This document shows positions 1 to 9,922 of a stretch of DNA of 60,059 nt, piece by piece; positions within the stretch are counted from its first letter, which is position 1; each line of letters begins with the position of its first letter. The notes under the pieces are model-generated. The model was given only the letters and a program-made list of their open reading frames with translations, had not been told where the DNA came from and ran no database searches. The position numbers and the translations under genes are program-made. Location: IMG/VR virus record IMGVR_UViG_3300042465_001922, positions 1-60,059 of that record, one strand, 5' to 3'. This DNA comes from a virus. Its lineage: Duplodnaviria; Caudoviricetes.

Positions 1-733
1 TCGTATCCGTCAGATAGTGGTTAACGGTATAACCCTCTGGGATAGAACCATTGTTCTTGATGGCGTTGATGTCGTTGTCAGCCGTAGCTACGCGAAGCTC
101 AGTCTCAAGCAGACGGGTCGCCACGAACATCAGTGCGGGCGGAACAATCAGCTTCTTGGGCTTAGCGGCGATCAGCAGACCACGCTCATCCGTCCATGCA
201 GCGATCTGAATAACAGCGGCCTCAAGGGAGGTCTCATTCAGGTCAGCAGGCGTGGCCGGCTCGTTGGAGTTAACTCCACCAGACACCAGGGGGTGATCGG
301 TAGCAAACAGAGGTTTGCCATCACCGCCCGGGAAGTTAGCGGAGAAACCATTGTTAAGCACGTTGGCGGCTTTAACTTGTTTGGTATAAGCCATAGCACG
401 AGCCAGTGCTTTGGTGTACCGGGACGACAGGCTGTCGTACAGGTTGTCCTCGATTGCCTCTTCGGTAATCGAGAAACCCAGGGCGATGGTTTCGTGGTTG
501 TAACGTGCAGTGAAAGCTTCCTGCGCATTGTCATAAGCAATGGCAGCGCCCTCGTTCTTCACCGGAGCGGCGGAGAATCCGGACAGCTTGGTTTCTTCTT
601 CGAAAGAACGCTCAGAGGTCTCAGTCTCATAGATCTCTTTATGCTCTTCCCCGTAGGTTGCGTACTGAAGACCAAACAGTGCGTTCAGGCCCGGGAGCAA
701 CTCTTTCAGTAGTTGTGCGCGTGAAATAGCCAT
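1..733 (-). CDS. Major capsid protein (Mu gpT-like family), 3' end outside window
   Basis: Not in the ORF track because it is open at the edge. Manual translation from ATG 733: MAISRAQLLKELLPGLNALFGLQYATYGEEHKEIYETETSERSFEEETKLSGFSAAPVKNEG...RYNHETIALGFSITEEAIEDNLYD. GGAG RBS upstream; last gene of the head module. Confidence 0.9.
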   Translation of the reverse strand, partial: MAISRAQLLKELLPGLNALFGLQYATYGEEHKEIYETETSERSFEEETKLSGFSAAPVKNEGAAIAYDNAQEAFTARYNHETIALGFSITEEAIEDNLYDSLSSRYTKALARAMAYTKQVKAANVLNNGFSANFPGGDGKPLFATDHPLVSGGVNSNEPATPADLNETSLEAAVIQIAAWTDERGLLIAAKPKKLIVPPALMFVATRLLETELRVATADNDINAIKNNGSIPEGYTVNHYLTDT

Positions 734-745
734 TTAATTAGCTCC

Positions 746-1372
746 TTATGCCGAAACTGCGGAAGCAGCAGCATTGTAGTACTGATGGATTCCGAAGTTG
801 AACTTAACAATTACCTCGGTATAGGAACCGGGGAAACCAGCGATGGCTGTGTCAGGCACTACGTCAACAATACGGAACGGCAGGGCCGTCTCGGTGTCGG
901 TAGTAGCGGAAACAGCAGCAGCCGAGTCGCCAGTCGTGGTCGAGCCACTAGCAGCGTTCGGAACATAAGCTGTGTTCTGACCAACAGCTGCCTGGGTGAG
1001 GAAAGAAACAGTTGTTGTACCAGCGGTAACAACTGCAACTTTGAAGAGTGCATCCGGATCATCCAGGACGAAAGCCTTGATGTCGGTAGCACTTACGCCA
1101 CCAGGGTAATACTGTTGCTGGAGCAATTGCTTGGTTGTGGGATTGGTGTACTGGCAACCAAGGAAAATGCCAACAGCTTCTACGCTAGAAGCGGTTGCCG
1201 AGACCTTGGTGATCGTACCGCCCGTGTTAATAGCAACAACGTCACCATAATAAATGGCGGTGCCGGAGCTAGAAGCAATGGGCAGCAGACGGGTCGAGCC
1301 AGCAAACACCTGACCGCCGATCAAATTGATCGGACGTAGCCCGTAGGGGCTTGAAACAGCAGGATATGCCAT
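746..1372 (-). CDS. Putative capsid decoration/minor head protein
   Basis: 208 aa, Ala/Thr/Gly-rich beta-type protein (PYGLRP..., GIFLGCQY), immediately upstream of the capsid gene. Confidence 0.55.
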   Translation of the reverse strand: MAYPAVSSPYGLRPINLIGGQVFAGSTRLLPIASSSGTAIYYGDVVAINTGGTITKVSATASSVEAVGIFLGCQYTNPTTKQLLQQQYYPGGVSATDIKAFVLDDPDALFKVAVVTAGTTTVSFLTQAAVGQNTAYVPNAASGSTTTGDSAAAVSATTDTETALPFRIVDVVPDTAIAGFPGSYTEVIVKFNFGIHQYYNAAASAVSA

Positions 1373-1392
1373 GTTAAACCTCGTTCAAAAAG

Positions 1393-1845
1393 TTATGAGC
1401 CTTTACCGAAACTAACCGACGACTTCCGCTCTCTATAAAGCGGCATCCGTGGGTCAGATTCGCGCATGAAGTTGTTATCAACAGATTCAGTCTGGCTTTC
1501 GGTGATCTTTTGAAAATGAGCATTCCGTTGCTCGACTAATTCTGTCGGGGTCTTGCAGAGAATCAGTCCACCAATAACTACGTTGTCTTTGAACTTTTCA
1601 TTAATGTCAGTCCCATGCAACATCAGTTCTGGGTGGTCGGACGCCCTGACGGGTTCCCATCCCTCGCGAAGCTTGGCAGACAAGTTGGTCGGGTCAGATT
1701 GATTCAGAGTTGATAAACGAATCCAACGGAATTTATACCCGTCCTGCGGCGCAGGCTCAGGCAAAAGAGTAGGAGGTGTCCAGCTCTTTACACGCTCGGT
1801 GGTTTCACGTTTTTCAATCTCACGACTATTTCTGTTCTCAGCCAT
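1393..1845 (-). CDS. Head-module protein of unknown function
   Basis: 150 aa, WTPPTLLP..GYKFRWIR motif, overlaps the scaffold stop. Confidence 0.55.
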   Translation of the reverse strand: MAENRNSREIEKRETTERVKSWTPPTLLPEPAPQDGYKFRWIRLSTLNQSDPTNLSAKLREGWEPVRASDHPELMLHGTDINEKFKDNVVIGGLILCKTPTELVEQRNAHFQKITESQTESVDNNFMRESDPRMPLYRERKSSVSFGKGS

Positions 1846-2824
1846 TTTGTTTCCTCACTTCTTCTGCAACCTTTTTGGCATAGAGTTCCAAAGGAACGCC
1901 AAGCCGCTTGGCGATGTTAACCTGCGTTTGTGTTAACACGATCTTCTTAGAGGCCGTGCTGCGGGTCGCAGGCGCTACCACGCTTTTTGTGGCACGAGCA
2001 GGTTTTTCAACCTTCTCGGTAACATCTTCCGGAGAATCAAAGGCATCCGGAAAAACTTGTCGCATACGAGAGTCAATGCGCTCGTAGTACTCTTCACTTC
2101 TCGGGTCGATGCCCGACTTGACTAGCTTCTGGTGCAATCCAAGCGCAAAACTAGTCATTTCCTCGTCCTGTCCAAACCACCGATTTTCTTGTTGCCAGGC
2201 AAGTGCTTTGGTGTCAGCTTGAGGCGCTTGAACGAATTGTTGAGTTTCTACTCCCTTTTCTTCCTCCTGTAAAGGGGTAGGTTTAAAAGAAGCAATCCGC
2301 TCGGCTTTTAGCTTGGCCGTAGTCAGAGCTTCTTGAGCTTCGGTTAGAGCTTCAGAATCGCCAGCGTCATAGGCTTCCTTGAACTTGCGCTTGGCTTTTT
2401 CCATCTCCAAGTCAACAGCTGCCTTGGCCTGGTTGATCAAAGCCTCTTGCCCTTTATTCAGGGAACCTTTTAGCTTCTTGTTCTCCTCAATAATGGCTTG
2501 AGCTAGCCGAATGGCCTCCTCTTTTTCGCGCATGGCGGCTTCCTTAGCCCGGCGCTCGTCGTGGTAGCCCTTGGTAAATTTCTCAATCCGCTTGCGGACG
2601 TTTTCCGAGTACTGGGCAAGCTCGTCCTCAGACGGCTCTTCCGGTGCTGCTTCCAATGGCTTTCGGCCACGGTCTTGTTCCGGGGTGTCGTCTACAACCT
2701 CGATCTCAGAGTCGTTAGCCTTAGCTTCTTTCTCTAGAGGAAGCTCCTTCTGGGCCTTTTCTTTGGCCTCTCGCTCCTCTTTTTCGTCCGGAAACTCGTA
2801 TTCAACCTTCTCAAATTCAGCCAT
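1838..2824 (-). CDS. Putative capsid scaffolding protein
   Basis: 328 aa, acidic N-terminus, long coiled-coil, C-terminal IAKRLGVPLELYAK helix; lies between portal and capsid genes. Confidence 0.65.
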   Translation of the reverse strand: MAEFEKVEYEFPDEKEEREAKEKAQKELPLEKEAKANDSEIEVVDDTPEQDRGRKPLEAAPEEPSEDELAQYSENVRKRIEKFTKGYHDERRAKEAAMREKEEAIRLAQAIIEENKKLKGSLNKGQEALINQAKAAVDLEMEKAKRKFKEAYDAGDSEALTEAQEALTTAKLKAERIASFKPTPLQEEEKGVETQQFVQAPQADTKALAWQQENRWFGQDEEMTSFALGLHQKLVKSGIDPRSEEYYERIDSRMRQVFPDAFDSPEDVTEKVEKPARATKSVVAPATRSTASKKIVLTQTQVNIAKRLGVPLELYAKKVAEEVRKQNG

Positions 2825-2834
2825 TTTCTACTCC

Positions 2835-3245
2835 TTAAGCACGGGAAATTCCCCGGGGATCTTCAACCACGGCCTCGACAGAATCGTCGTTTATCAGCCT
2901 AAATTCCCGGCCATGAATCTTGACTCGGGTACCAGTGTTAGCCCTGACCAACACGAAATCACCCTTCTTGCACCACGGGCCGTGGGGGAAACGGTCTTTG
3001 TCTTTGTAGCAGTCCGGACCAAGCTCAACTACGAAAAGAACATTGGTAAGCAGTTCTTCATACCGAATGATCTGGTCAGCCTTAAGAATGCCGCTTTCGT
3101 ACTTTTCCTCGATCTCGGGGATACAAACAAGGATCTTGTATCCCATAGGCTTAGGCAGCTGCCTTGCCTTTTCCTCGGGAGTCTCGGGCAGAACCGTTGC
3201 CTCCTCCGGGTTATCAGGGTTTACCCCTATTAAAATTTCACTCAT
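2835..3245 (-). CDS. groES: GroES-like co-chaperonin (Cpn10)
   Basis: PKPMGYKILV...ESGIL...VVELGPD...KKGDFVL...GTRVKIHGREFRLINDDSVEAVV matches the Cpn10 pattern. Confidence 0.85.
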   Translation of the reverse strand: MSEILIGVNPDNPEEATVLPETPEEKARQLPKPMGYKILVCIPEIEEKYESGILKADQIIRYEELLTNVLFVVELGPDCYKDKDRFPHGPWCKKGDFVLVRANTGTRVKIHGREFRLINDDSVEAVVEDPRGISRA

Positions 3246-3432
3246 CAGAGTTCTCCAAATTGCGCACGAGGTCTTCTACTAGTTGTTTTGCGGCGAGCAG
3301 CCCTCGGATCTTGCCGCAACTTTCTCGGTACTCGGCGTAGTCTTTCGGCTGGCCGCTACCTAGAAATTCTTGTGTCTGTGCAATTTGGTCGTCTAATTGA
3401 GAGGAAATTACTTCTAGCACTCTCGTTTCCAT
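3238..3432 (-). CDS. Hypothetical protein
   Basis: 64 aa helical ORF tightly packed between portal and GroES genes. Confidence 0.65.
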   Translation of the reverse strand: METRVLEVISSQLDDQIAQTQEFLGSGQPKDYAEYRESCGKIRGLLAAKQLVEDLVRNLENSDE

Positions 3433-3435
3433 TCA

Positions 3436-5814
3436 TTATCCTTTTGGTTTGAGTGTCTCTTTCAATATTGCGGTTTGGGCTTTCTTGTCTTCGCCGCGCT
3501 CTTTTGCTGCCAGTCTCATAGCCTCGCGTTTGTTCTCGGACATGATCCGCTCGCGCTCGATCTCCTGCTGCTGGGCCTTGAGAGTAAGTTCGGCCTGGTC
3601 CTTCTGGGCTTGCATCTGAAGTTTCTGAGCCTGAAGCTGGAGTTCCTGTTGCTGCATTTGGATAACAGGATCTTGCGCCTGGGCCTGAGCCTGCTGTTGA
3701 GCTGCTTCTGCCTGGTTCTTCTGGAGAAGCTGAGCCGAGGCTTGAGCCACGAGCTGAGACAGGTTGACTTCCACATCCTCTGGCAGGTTTTTGTCCGGCG
3801 GAGGCAGCGGAACACCCAACGTATTTTCAATATCGCGGCGATATTTGAAGCCAAGGTGTTCTGCGATGTGGGCCATGAGCGAAGCCTGAATCTGTTGAGC
3901 CATCGGGTTCTGGCCAATCGCTCCCATGATCTTGGGATCTTGCATCATCGTCTGGTGAACCGCGATGTGTGCGTCGTGATCTTGGTAAATAAATGCCTTG
4001 AGAGGTTTGCCCTTCAGAGCATTCATGTTTTCCGAGACCGGATCTACAGGCTTTTGATCGTCGATGGTCGGTACGAGCTTGGCTGCATCCTTAATGCCAA
4101 GGACGTCAAGCATCTGGCGGTGTAAAGCAGGAAGATCATAAATCTGAGGCGCGGATTGAGCCAGTTGAATAACCGCCTGATACTGGACAACTCGCTGCGC
4201 CATAGTGGCGGCGTTTGGATCAGAGACTGGGATGACTTCAACAAGGTCGTAATCACTTTTCTTTGCGCGGGGTGGTGCGTTCTGCGGTTCGTAAGCATAC
4301 GAGTCCTCCGTATAGTCACGGATGATGTTCTTCAGGAGTTTGAACTCCTGTTTCATCGCGTGATGGACCCTCGCCTGCACGGCACTCATGGTCTTCAGCT
4401 GTCTTTCAAGTAAAGCCAGAGTTGTGCCGACCGGAGCTTGTGCGCTCATATCGGACACTTTCATGTCTGCGACTGAGGCAAGCCGACGCGCTTCGTCGTT
4501 TACTTGATTGAGCAGCTGAAGAAGGGTCTGACTCGGCTCTTTATAAGGCAGAGTCATTATGTTGTCTTTAATCGCTCCACCGGGAATGTCCACATCTCTA
4601 AATTCACCTGGAGCAATCGGCGTGTCGTCTCCCTTTACTCGGAGACCTCGGGCTTTAAGCCCTCCTGGAAGGTTAGCCAGGGATCCTGCGTCAATAAGTT
4701 GACGTATAAGCGTCGTGCCTCCGCGAGCATACCCACCGATAATATGAATGAGGCCAAGGTTGTAAAAGCCAAAGCCGGGAATATAGCCATAGTGAACGAA
4801 ATGGGTCCGTTTAAGCTTAAGGGGGTCATCGGGATTCCAGTTTCTACGAATGGCGAGGACTGTTGAGGTCCCTTTATCAATCGTAACGATGTACGGGAGT
4901 GCGATTCCATCTTTATCCTCGTATCCTGGCAGGTCAAGGTCAGCTTGAATCTCAAGCAATGTATATCTGTCATCCGAAGTTAGCGTGAAGCCTGCCTCTT
5001 CCGCCTTCTTCCTTTCAATATCCGTCTGAATAAAAACCGGATCTCCAAGATCTACGTCGCGATAAAAGCCGGCGACCATCAGTCGCTTTAGTTCATTCTT
5101 TGTTTTACGCATTACATGTGTAATGCGCGGTGCTGTCTCTAAGTTAGAGGCGCCATAAGGAACAATCACATCTTCTGCGGTTACAAATAAAGAAACCTGG
5201 CGTCCAAGACTCGGATCGTAGTAAACCTTTTTAAATGCTGACCCCTGAAGGCCGAGAGAGTAGAGCAGACGCTCATGCTCGGGGCGGTATTCAACCATTA
5301 CTTCAGTCAGCTGGTAATTCATATCCTGCTGAACTCGCTCGGAGGCCTCTTCCTTAAACTTGTTAGGCTGACCTATGATCTTCGTTTTGACCGGTCCCTT
5401 GGCCGGGAAGGTCTCCATGATCGTCTCGGACTGGAACCTAATGGCTGCCTCAGAAAGCAGGGTGGAAAAAATCCCGCAGGCTCCGTTCCAGGGTTCGGTT
5501 CGTTCTTCGTATTTGATTCCAAGGACTTCGAGTCCTTTGACCAACATGTCCGCCCAGTCTTTTCGGGAGTTTTCGTCATTCTCTACATCTGATGTAAGCT
5601 CAGAGCCGAACTGGGTTAGCTCGGACTCATTCATAAATTCAGCTAGGTTGGCATCAAAGTCCGTCTCACCAAGCTCGCGAGGTTCAATATCAATCTCTAC
5701 CCCGTCCATCTTGATGGACATTGACTCCGGGTCTACAACCTCGATCTCAATTTCCTCGGCTGACTCTTCGTCGATCCCAATTGGGGCTTGGTATAGGGCT
5801 TTTTCAATCGCCAT
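3436..5814 (-). CDS. Portal protein (P22-like)
   Basis: 792 aa directly downstream of TerL; GSAFKKVYYD and GFYNLGL motifs; Gln-rich C-terminal coiled coil. Confidence 0.85.
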   Translation of the reverse strand: MAIEKALYQAPIGIDEESAEEIEIEVVDPESMSIKMDGVEIDIEPRELGETDFDANLAEFMNESELTQFGSELTSDVENDENSRKDWADMLVKGLEVLGIKYEERTEPWNGACGIFSTLLSEAAIRFQSETIMETFPAKGPVKTKIIGQPNKFKEEASERVQQDMNYQLTEVMVEYRPEHERLLYSLGLQGSAFKKVYYDPSLGRQVSLFVTAEDVIVPYGASNLETAPRITHVMRKTKNELKRLMVAGFYRDVDLGDPVFIQTDIERKKAEEAGFTLTSDDRYTLLEIQADLDLPGYEDKDGIALPYIVTIDKGTSTVLAIRRNWNPDDPLKLKRTHFVHYGYIPGFGFYNLGLIHIIGGYARGGTTLIRQLIDAGSLANLPGGLKARGLRVKGDDTPIAPGEFRDVDIPGGAIKDNIMTLPYKEPSQTLLQLLNQVNDEARRLASVADMKVSDMSAQAPVGTTLALLERQLKTMSAVQARVHHAMKQEFKLLKNIIRDYTEDSYAYEPQNAPPRAKKSDYDLVEVIPVSDPNAATMAQRVVQYQAVIQLAQSAPQIYDLPALHRQMLDVLGIKDAAKLVPTIDDQKPVDPVSENMNALKGKPLKAFIYQDHDAHIAVHQTMMQDPKIMGAIGQNPMAQQIQASLMAHIAEHLGFKYRRDIENTLGVPLPPPDKNLPEDVEVNLSQLVAQASAQLLQKNQAEAAQQQAQAQAQDPVIQMQQQELQLQAQKLQMQAQKDQAELTLKAQQQEIERERIMSENKREAMRLAAKERGEDKKAQTAILKETLKPKG

Positions 5815-5823
5815 AATTCATCC

Positions 5824-7323
5824 TTAGTAATAAGCAGCCCGGCGCTGCTTGAAGTATTGAATGTCGTCCTCTTCGTCAAGAGTAGTACGTACATAACCAC
5901 CCTGCCTAAATCGCATTAAGGCAAGGGAGACCGAGTCCACATAGTCATCATGGTCCCCATTAGGGAAACTTGCAACTTCCTCCACCACTTCCTCGGCCCA
6001 GTTAGTGTTTGGAACCCATATACGACTTGAAGCAAATAGATCAGATACAGCATTTAATCGCGTGATCTTATCGTTGCCTTTGGTTGGGGTAAACTCCTGA
6101 ACGGGAACGCCCATAGATCTAAGCTCATAGATGAGGGGAGCGCCAGAGGCCTTCTTTTCTATGATGAGTCCGTCGGGGTTCCATTCCTTGTACTGTTCTA
6201 ACACCCGTTTTTTCAATTCCGGGAACTCAAGCCGGTCCCGAAAGGCGTTTAACAGTATTAAATTTGCCTGTTCTTTGCCCGTATCGTCCGGGTGGTAGAA
6301 GACCCCCCAGGTAGTACAGGCCGAATAGTCGGCTCGGGTGTTCTTTTCGAACGCTGTATCCCAGGCTTGGATGATCATATCGACCGGAGGCGGGGAATCG
6401 TTCTCCCAAATCTGCCACCACTCCCGTTTTACGATGGCTGAACCCTCTGAGGTAGGGTCTTGTTGGTACTGAGCCTGCCATTTTGGGTGGGGAAGTTCCT
6501 CTTTTAGGGACGATAACTCACTCAAACTCCAAAATTCCGGCCATAAAGGCTTTCCAGAGGGCAAAATTGCTGGAAATTCAACAACATCCCACTCATCCCC
6601 GCCCCGCTGAGCGCTGGCTTTAAGGACTTGGCCAGTTAAATCGCGCTTTCCCCACCGGGTCATCACGATAACAATTGACCCACCCGGCTGAAGACGCTGC
6701 CTTGGGCCAGAGGAGTACCACTCGTAGACCTTATCAAAGACCCCGGGGTCTCCGGCGGCTAGGGCTGCTTCTTGTTCTGAGTGCGGGTCGTCGATAATAA
6801 GGAGGTCAGCTCCCTTACCAGTGACGGTACCGCCAACGCCAATAGCAAAATACTCACCATTAGCATTAGTAGACCACCGCCCAGCAGCCTTAGAGTCGTG
6901 TCGCAGGGATACGTTCGGAAATACTTTTGCATAAGTCTCCCCATCTACTAGGTTACGGACCTTCCGGCCAAAGCCGACCGCTAGTTCGGCGGTATTAGAG
7001 GTCTGGATAATCTTCTTCCCAGGATACTTCCCCAGGAACCAGGCCGGCAATAAGTAAGAAGCAAACTCCGACTTGGTGTGCCGGGGTGGCATATTGATAA
7101 TAAGTCTCTTTAGCTTTCCGGCAGCTATGTCCTCAAACTTCTTGGCCATGACCGCATGATGGCGGCCGTGGATAAAGCTGGGCCACATGGCCTTAACAAA
7201 GTTCATAAAAGAGTTCTGCGCTTTTTCCCGCATCAGGGCGTCCTGATACTGCTGAGCCATAGACAGTATCTCGTCTCGCTGGGCGTCCGGCAGATTGGAA
7301 ATAAAGTCTAAAACCTTACTCAA
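5824..7323 (-). CDS. terL: Terminase large subunit
   Basis: Walker A-like INMPPRHTKS, Walker B LLIIDDPH, VMTRW coupling motif, RNase H-like nuclease QAWDTA...IEKKASG...HDDYVDS. Confidence 0.95.
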   Translation of the reverse strand: MSKVLDFISNLPDAQRDEILSMAQQYQDALMREKAQNSFMNFVKAMWPSFIHGRHHAVMAKKFEDIAAGKLKRLIINMPPRHTKSEFASYLLPAWFLGKYPGKKIIQTSNTAELAVGFGRKVRNLVDGETYAKVFPNVSLRHDSKAAGRWSTNANGEYFAIGVGGTVTGKGADLLIIDDPHSEQEAALAAGDPGVFDKVYEWYSSGPRQRLQPGGSIVIVMTRWGKRDLTGQVLKASAQRGGDEWDVVEFPAILPSGKPLWPEFWSLSELSSLKEELPHPKWQAQYQQDPTSEGSAIVKREWWQIWENDSPPPVDMIIQAWDTAFEKNTRADYSACTTWGVFYHPDDTGKEQANLILLNAFRDRLEFPELKKRVLEQYKEWNPDGLIIEKKASGAPLIYELRSMGVPVQEFTPTKGNDKITRLNAVSDLFASSRIWVPNTNWAEEVVEEVASFPNGDHDDYVDSVSLALMRFRQGGYVRTTLDEEDDIQYFKQRRAAYY

Positions 7324-7561
7324 TCTTATGAACCCTCATATAAGACGGACGCACTGTCCTCGCCCGGCCGGGGATTCCTTTACACACCCCCAGGCGGATC
7401 AGCATCTGGATCTTCCTAGATACATTCCCCCTACCTCTTTCACCAGTGATAAACATAATCTCGTCTATAGACGGGGCGTAGCCATACTTCTTCCACCACT
7501 CATCTATCACCATGTAGGTCTGCTTTAAGGCCGGAGTCATTTCAGGAACTTTTGTACCCAT
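7316..7561 (-). CDS. LexA N-terminal-like winged-helix DNA-binding protein (no peptidase domain)
   Basis: MTPALKQTYMVIDEWWKKYGYAPSIDEIM...GNVSRKIQMLIRLGVCKGIPGRARTV resembles the LexA DNA-binding domain; start may be 7540. Confidence 0.65.
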   Translation of the reverse strand: MGTKVPEMTPALKQTYMVIDEWWKKYGYAPSIDEIMFITGERGRGNVSRKIQMLIRLGVCKGIPGRARTVRPSYMRVHKIE

Positions 7562-7755
7562 CTCGTAAATTTATATATATACCCCCCACCCCTCTCTGAA
7601 TCCAAAACTGTAGGGGGGTGATTGCAGTAATTAACTCCCCCAGATAACTCGCCATTTTTCACTAGCCCCCACCCCTTGTTTGTTAACAAATTTGTTAATT
7701 TTCTGTTAAGTTAGTGAGTACTTAAGTTATAAGTGCTTGATTTCATTGAGAAAGT

Positions 7756-7779
7756 ACACCTTAACAGCTGTTAAGGTGT
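7756..7779. promoter_or_regulatory. Perfect 24-bp palindrome ACACCTTAACAGCTGTTAAGGTGT (candidate operator, copy 1)
   Basis: Read directly; the same 11-bp arms recur at 27013-27035. Confidence 0.6.
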
Positions 7780-7847
7780 GATGTATGGGACAGGTTTGGG
7801 ACATAGTTGAATGAGTGGATTAGTATGCGTAGTTAACTCCGGCACCG

Positions 7848-8537
7848 TCAAACCGTCTCGGGGGGGTGCGGGTGCGGTGGGGTCTCGGCCGGCGCGTTTT
7901 CAGTGGCCTCGGGGGCAGGAAGCGCGGACAGCTCAGCCAGCAGGGATTCGGCGTCTATCGTGTTCGCGTCCTGCGCGTCAGACTTGGCCACGGCCCGGAG
8001 CGATTCGAGTAGTCGCTCTTTGATATCCACAGAGGCGGAGAGCTTCAAGACCTCCCGCCGCTCAGTAAAGGCGGCCACCTCGGTCACCTTCCCCAATAGC
8101 TCCAGCGCTTTGATCTGCTGGGCGTCCTTAACGCTGGGGTCGGTTGCCTTCTTTGTCAGCTCGCTTATCACTAAGGCTCTTAGCTGGGCAGGGGTTCGTA
8201 ATCGCTCCAGCTCAAACGCCCGCTCGAAGGCTTCCTTCAGCGATATTATCGCGGCATCCTTAGCAAGGGCCTGCCCTCGGCGGCTTGCGGATTGGGGCTT
8301 GGCCTTCGTCTCCCTGCTCTTGCGGTATGCCCCAGCCTTACTCTCTCCGAGTGCTAGCTGGCGGGCGAATTCAATATCCTTGCGACTCAGCTTCTTTTCC
8401 TTCGTTGCTGTCGCGCCCACTAAAAGCACCTCTACGGGAACCTGATCCAGCCCTTCCCTGATCTGCTCTCTAGTCAATTTTCCCATGGGTACATTTTCGG
8501 AATCGGCTATCAATTGGGCGGAGTGTATAGCTTCCAC
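7848..8537 (-). CDS. Putative terminase small subunit
   Basis: HTH-like LSRKDIEFARQLALGESKAGAYRKS and IKALELLGK motif, upstream of terL; likely start 8486 (MGKLTREQ). Confidence 0.6.
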   Translation of the reverse strand: MEAIHSAQLIADSENVPMGKLTREQIREGLDQVPVEVLLVGATATKEKKLSRKDIEFARQLALGESKAGAYRKSRETKAKPQSASRRGQALAKDAAIISLKEAFERAFELERLRTPAQLRALVISELTKKATDPSVKDAQQIKALELLGKVTEVAAFTERREVLKLSASVDIKERLLESLRAVAKSDAQDANTIDAESLLAELSALPAPEATENAPAETPPHPHPPETV

Positions 8538-8729
8538 TTATTGAGCGCAAGCTGAGCTGTTTCGCTTCGCTCTTTTCCCCCGCGCCTTCGATTGATTCGG
8601 GCTATCAATTTCTGATTTCGATTAGAAAATAAAATGGCACCATTCGGTTGATAGTCAACCAAAGCATGAGATGATTCGTTTTATCAGTAACCGCCCCGGA
8701 CGGTTTCCGGGATACCGCTAGGAGATTTT

Positions 8730-8933
8730 ATGACCAAACACATCAACCTTGATGATTTATTCGAAGAGTGCCTTCAGGATACCCGCGAAGCTCTCCGCAG
8801 AGGGGAGATCAGCGATTACAAGGCGAACATTGATCGGCTGGAGATATTCCTTCAGAGCAACCCCGGCGACCCTTATACGCTCGCTTGGTCTGCTGATGGC
8901 TTTATGACCCCCGCTGAGAATTTCATTGACTAA
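8730..8933 (+). CDS. Hypothetical early protein
   Basis: 67 aa, CGCTAGGAG RBS. Confidence 0.75.
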   Translation: MTKHINLDDLFEECLQDTREALRRGEISDYKANIDRLEIFLQSNPGDPYTLAWSADGFMTPAENFID

Positions 8934-8981
8934 CCCGCCGCCGGGGCGGTTCCCCGGTTCAACCGCTAGGAGATCAAAACC

Positions 8982-9173
8982 ATGAATTATCTAATCACCC
9001 ACAGCAAAGGCCCTCAGGGTTGGTCAGAGGCCCGAATTGCACCCGTATCGAGTAAACGTCTTAGCCCCTTCGAACGCGAATGGCTGGACTGGATGCTCGC
9101 CAACGGTTCGACCGTAGTCACCATAGGCGACACCATGCTAGAGATCAAGACGCCCCAAGAAGTGAACGACTAA
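8982..9173 (+). CDS. Hypothetical early protein
   Basis: 63 aa, CGCTAGGAG RBS. Confidence 0.75.
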   Translation: MNYLITHSKGPQGWSEARIAPVSSKRLSPFEREWLDWMLANGSTVVTIGDTMLEIKTPQEVND

Positions 9174-9226
9174 CTAACCGCCGGGGGTTCGCCCCCGGTT
9201 TTTCTCACCGCTAGGAGAACCACACC

Positions 9227-9658
9227 ATGTCAACATTTATCGAATTTGAAGGCGGCCTTGTAATCGAGACCGACAACCCTGAATTTCACCCCGAGGGGAA
9301 AAGACTCACCCGGAAAGCGGGCCAGCAAAAACGCCGGGAATACTGCCGCGCCCAATTGCTAAAGATTCTCAAACCCGGCGACACCGTTTACACCGTCCTG
9401 CGCCATGTATCCGCCTCGGGTATGTCTCGCCGCATTGACCTTTACACGATCAAAGACGGACGGATGCAGTATCTCTCCGGGTATGCCGCCGGACTGATGG
9501 ACCGGAAACTATCCGACAAGCCGGGAATCGTGGTCGGCGGGTGCGGTATGGATATGGGCTTCCACCTTGTTTACTGCCTGTCCTATTCCCTTTTCAAAGA
9601 CTCCCCGCCGGAGGGCCACAGGGACGGAGGGTATGCCCTGCGGCATGAGTGGATTTAA
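9227..9658 (+). CDS. Hypothetical early protein
   Basis: 143 aa, GDTVYTVLRHVSASGMSRRI...GGCGMDMGFHLVY; CGCTAGGAG RBS. Confidence 0.8.
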   Translation: MSTFIEFEGGLVIETDNPEFHPEGKRLTRKAGQQKRREYCRAQLLKILKPGDTVYTVLRHVSASGMSRRIDLYTIKDGRMQYLSGYAAGLMDRKLSDKPGIVVGGCGMDMGFHLVYCLSYSLFKDSPPEGHRDGGYALRHEWI

Positions 9659-9733
9659 GCCCTTGACCTGATGCCCTGCGGGTCAGGGTATCGGGGCGCG
9701 GACTTCGCGTCTCAACCGCTAGGAGGTAAACAA

Positions 9734-9922
9734 GTGAACAGGGTCAAGGTTTTTGACAAGGGTTCCGCAAGTATTGAACGGATATTCCCCTCGGGGATGT
9801 ATCTCGTCCAATGCTACACGGGCCACGAGCTGCACGACAAAATCCGCTGCGACACATACCGCGCCGCAATGGATTATTTCCGGGCATTTTGCCGGATTGC
9901 TAAAAATGGGGGTGCGCGATGA
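9734..9922 (+). CDS. Hypothetical early protein
   Basis: Start moved to GTG 9734, which follows the CGCTAGGAG RBS (track start was 9671). Confidence 0.7.
   Translation: MNRVKVFDKGSASIERIFPSGMYLVQCYTGHELHDKIRCDTYRAAMDYFRAFCRIAKNGGAR

Noticed and set aside
17-712. 231-aa plus-strand ORF, and other long antisense ORFs (785..1339, 2571..3233, 3475..4125, 7903..8445, 42011..42598, 42771..43469)
   Set aside because: Shadow frames of clearly identifiable genes on the opposite strand
8500-8660. GCTATCAAT/ATTGAT words in the terS-early divergent region
   Set aside because: Only short, imperfect copies; plausible operators but insufficient support, and no clear -35/-10 pair
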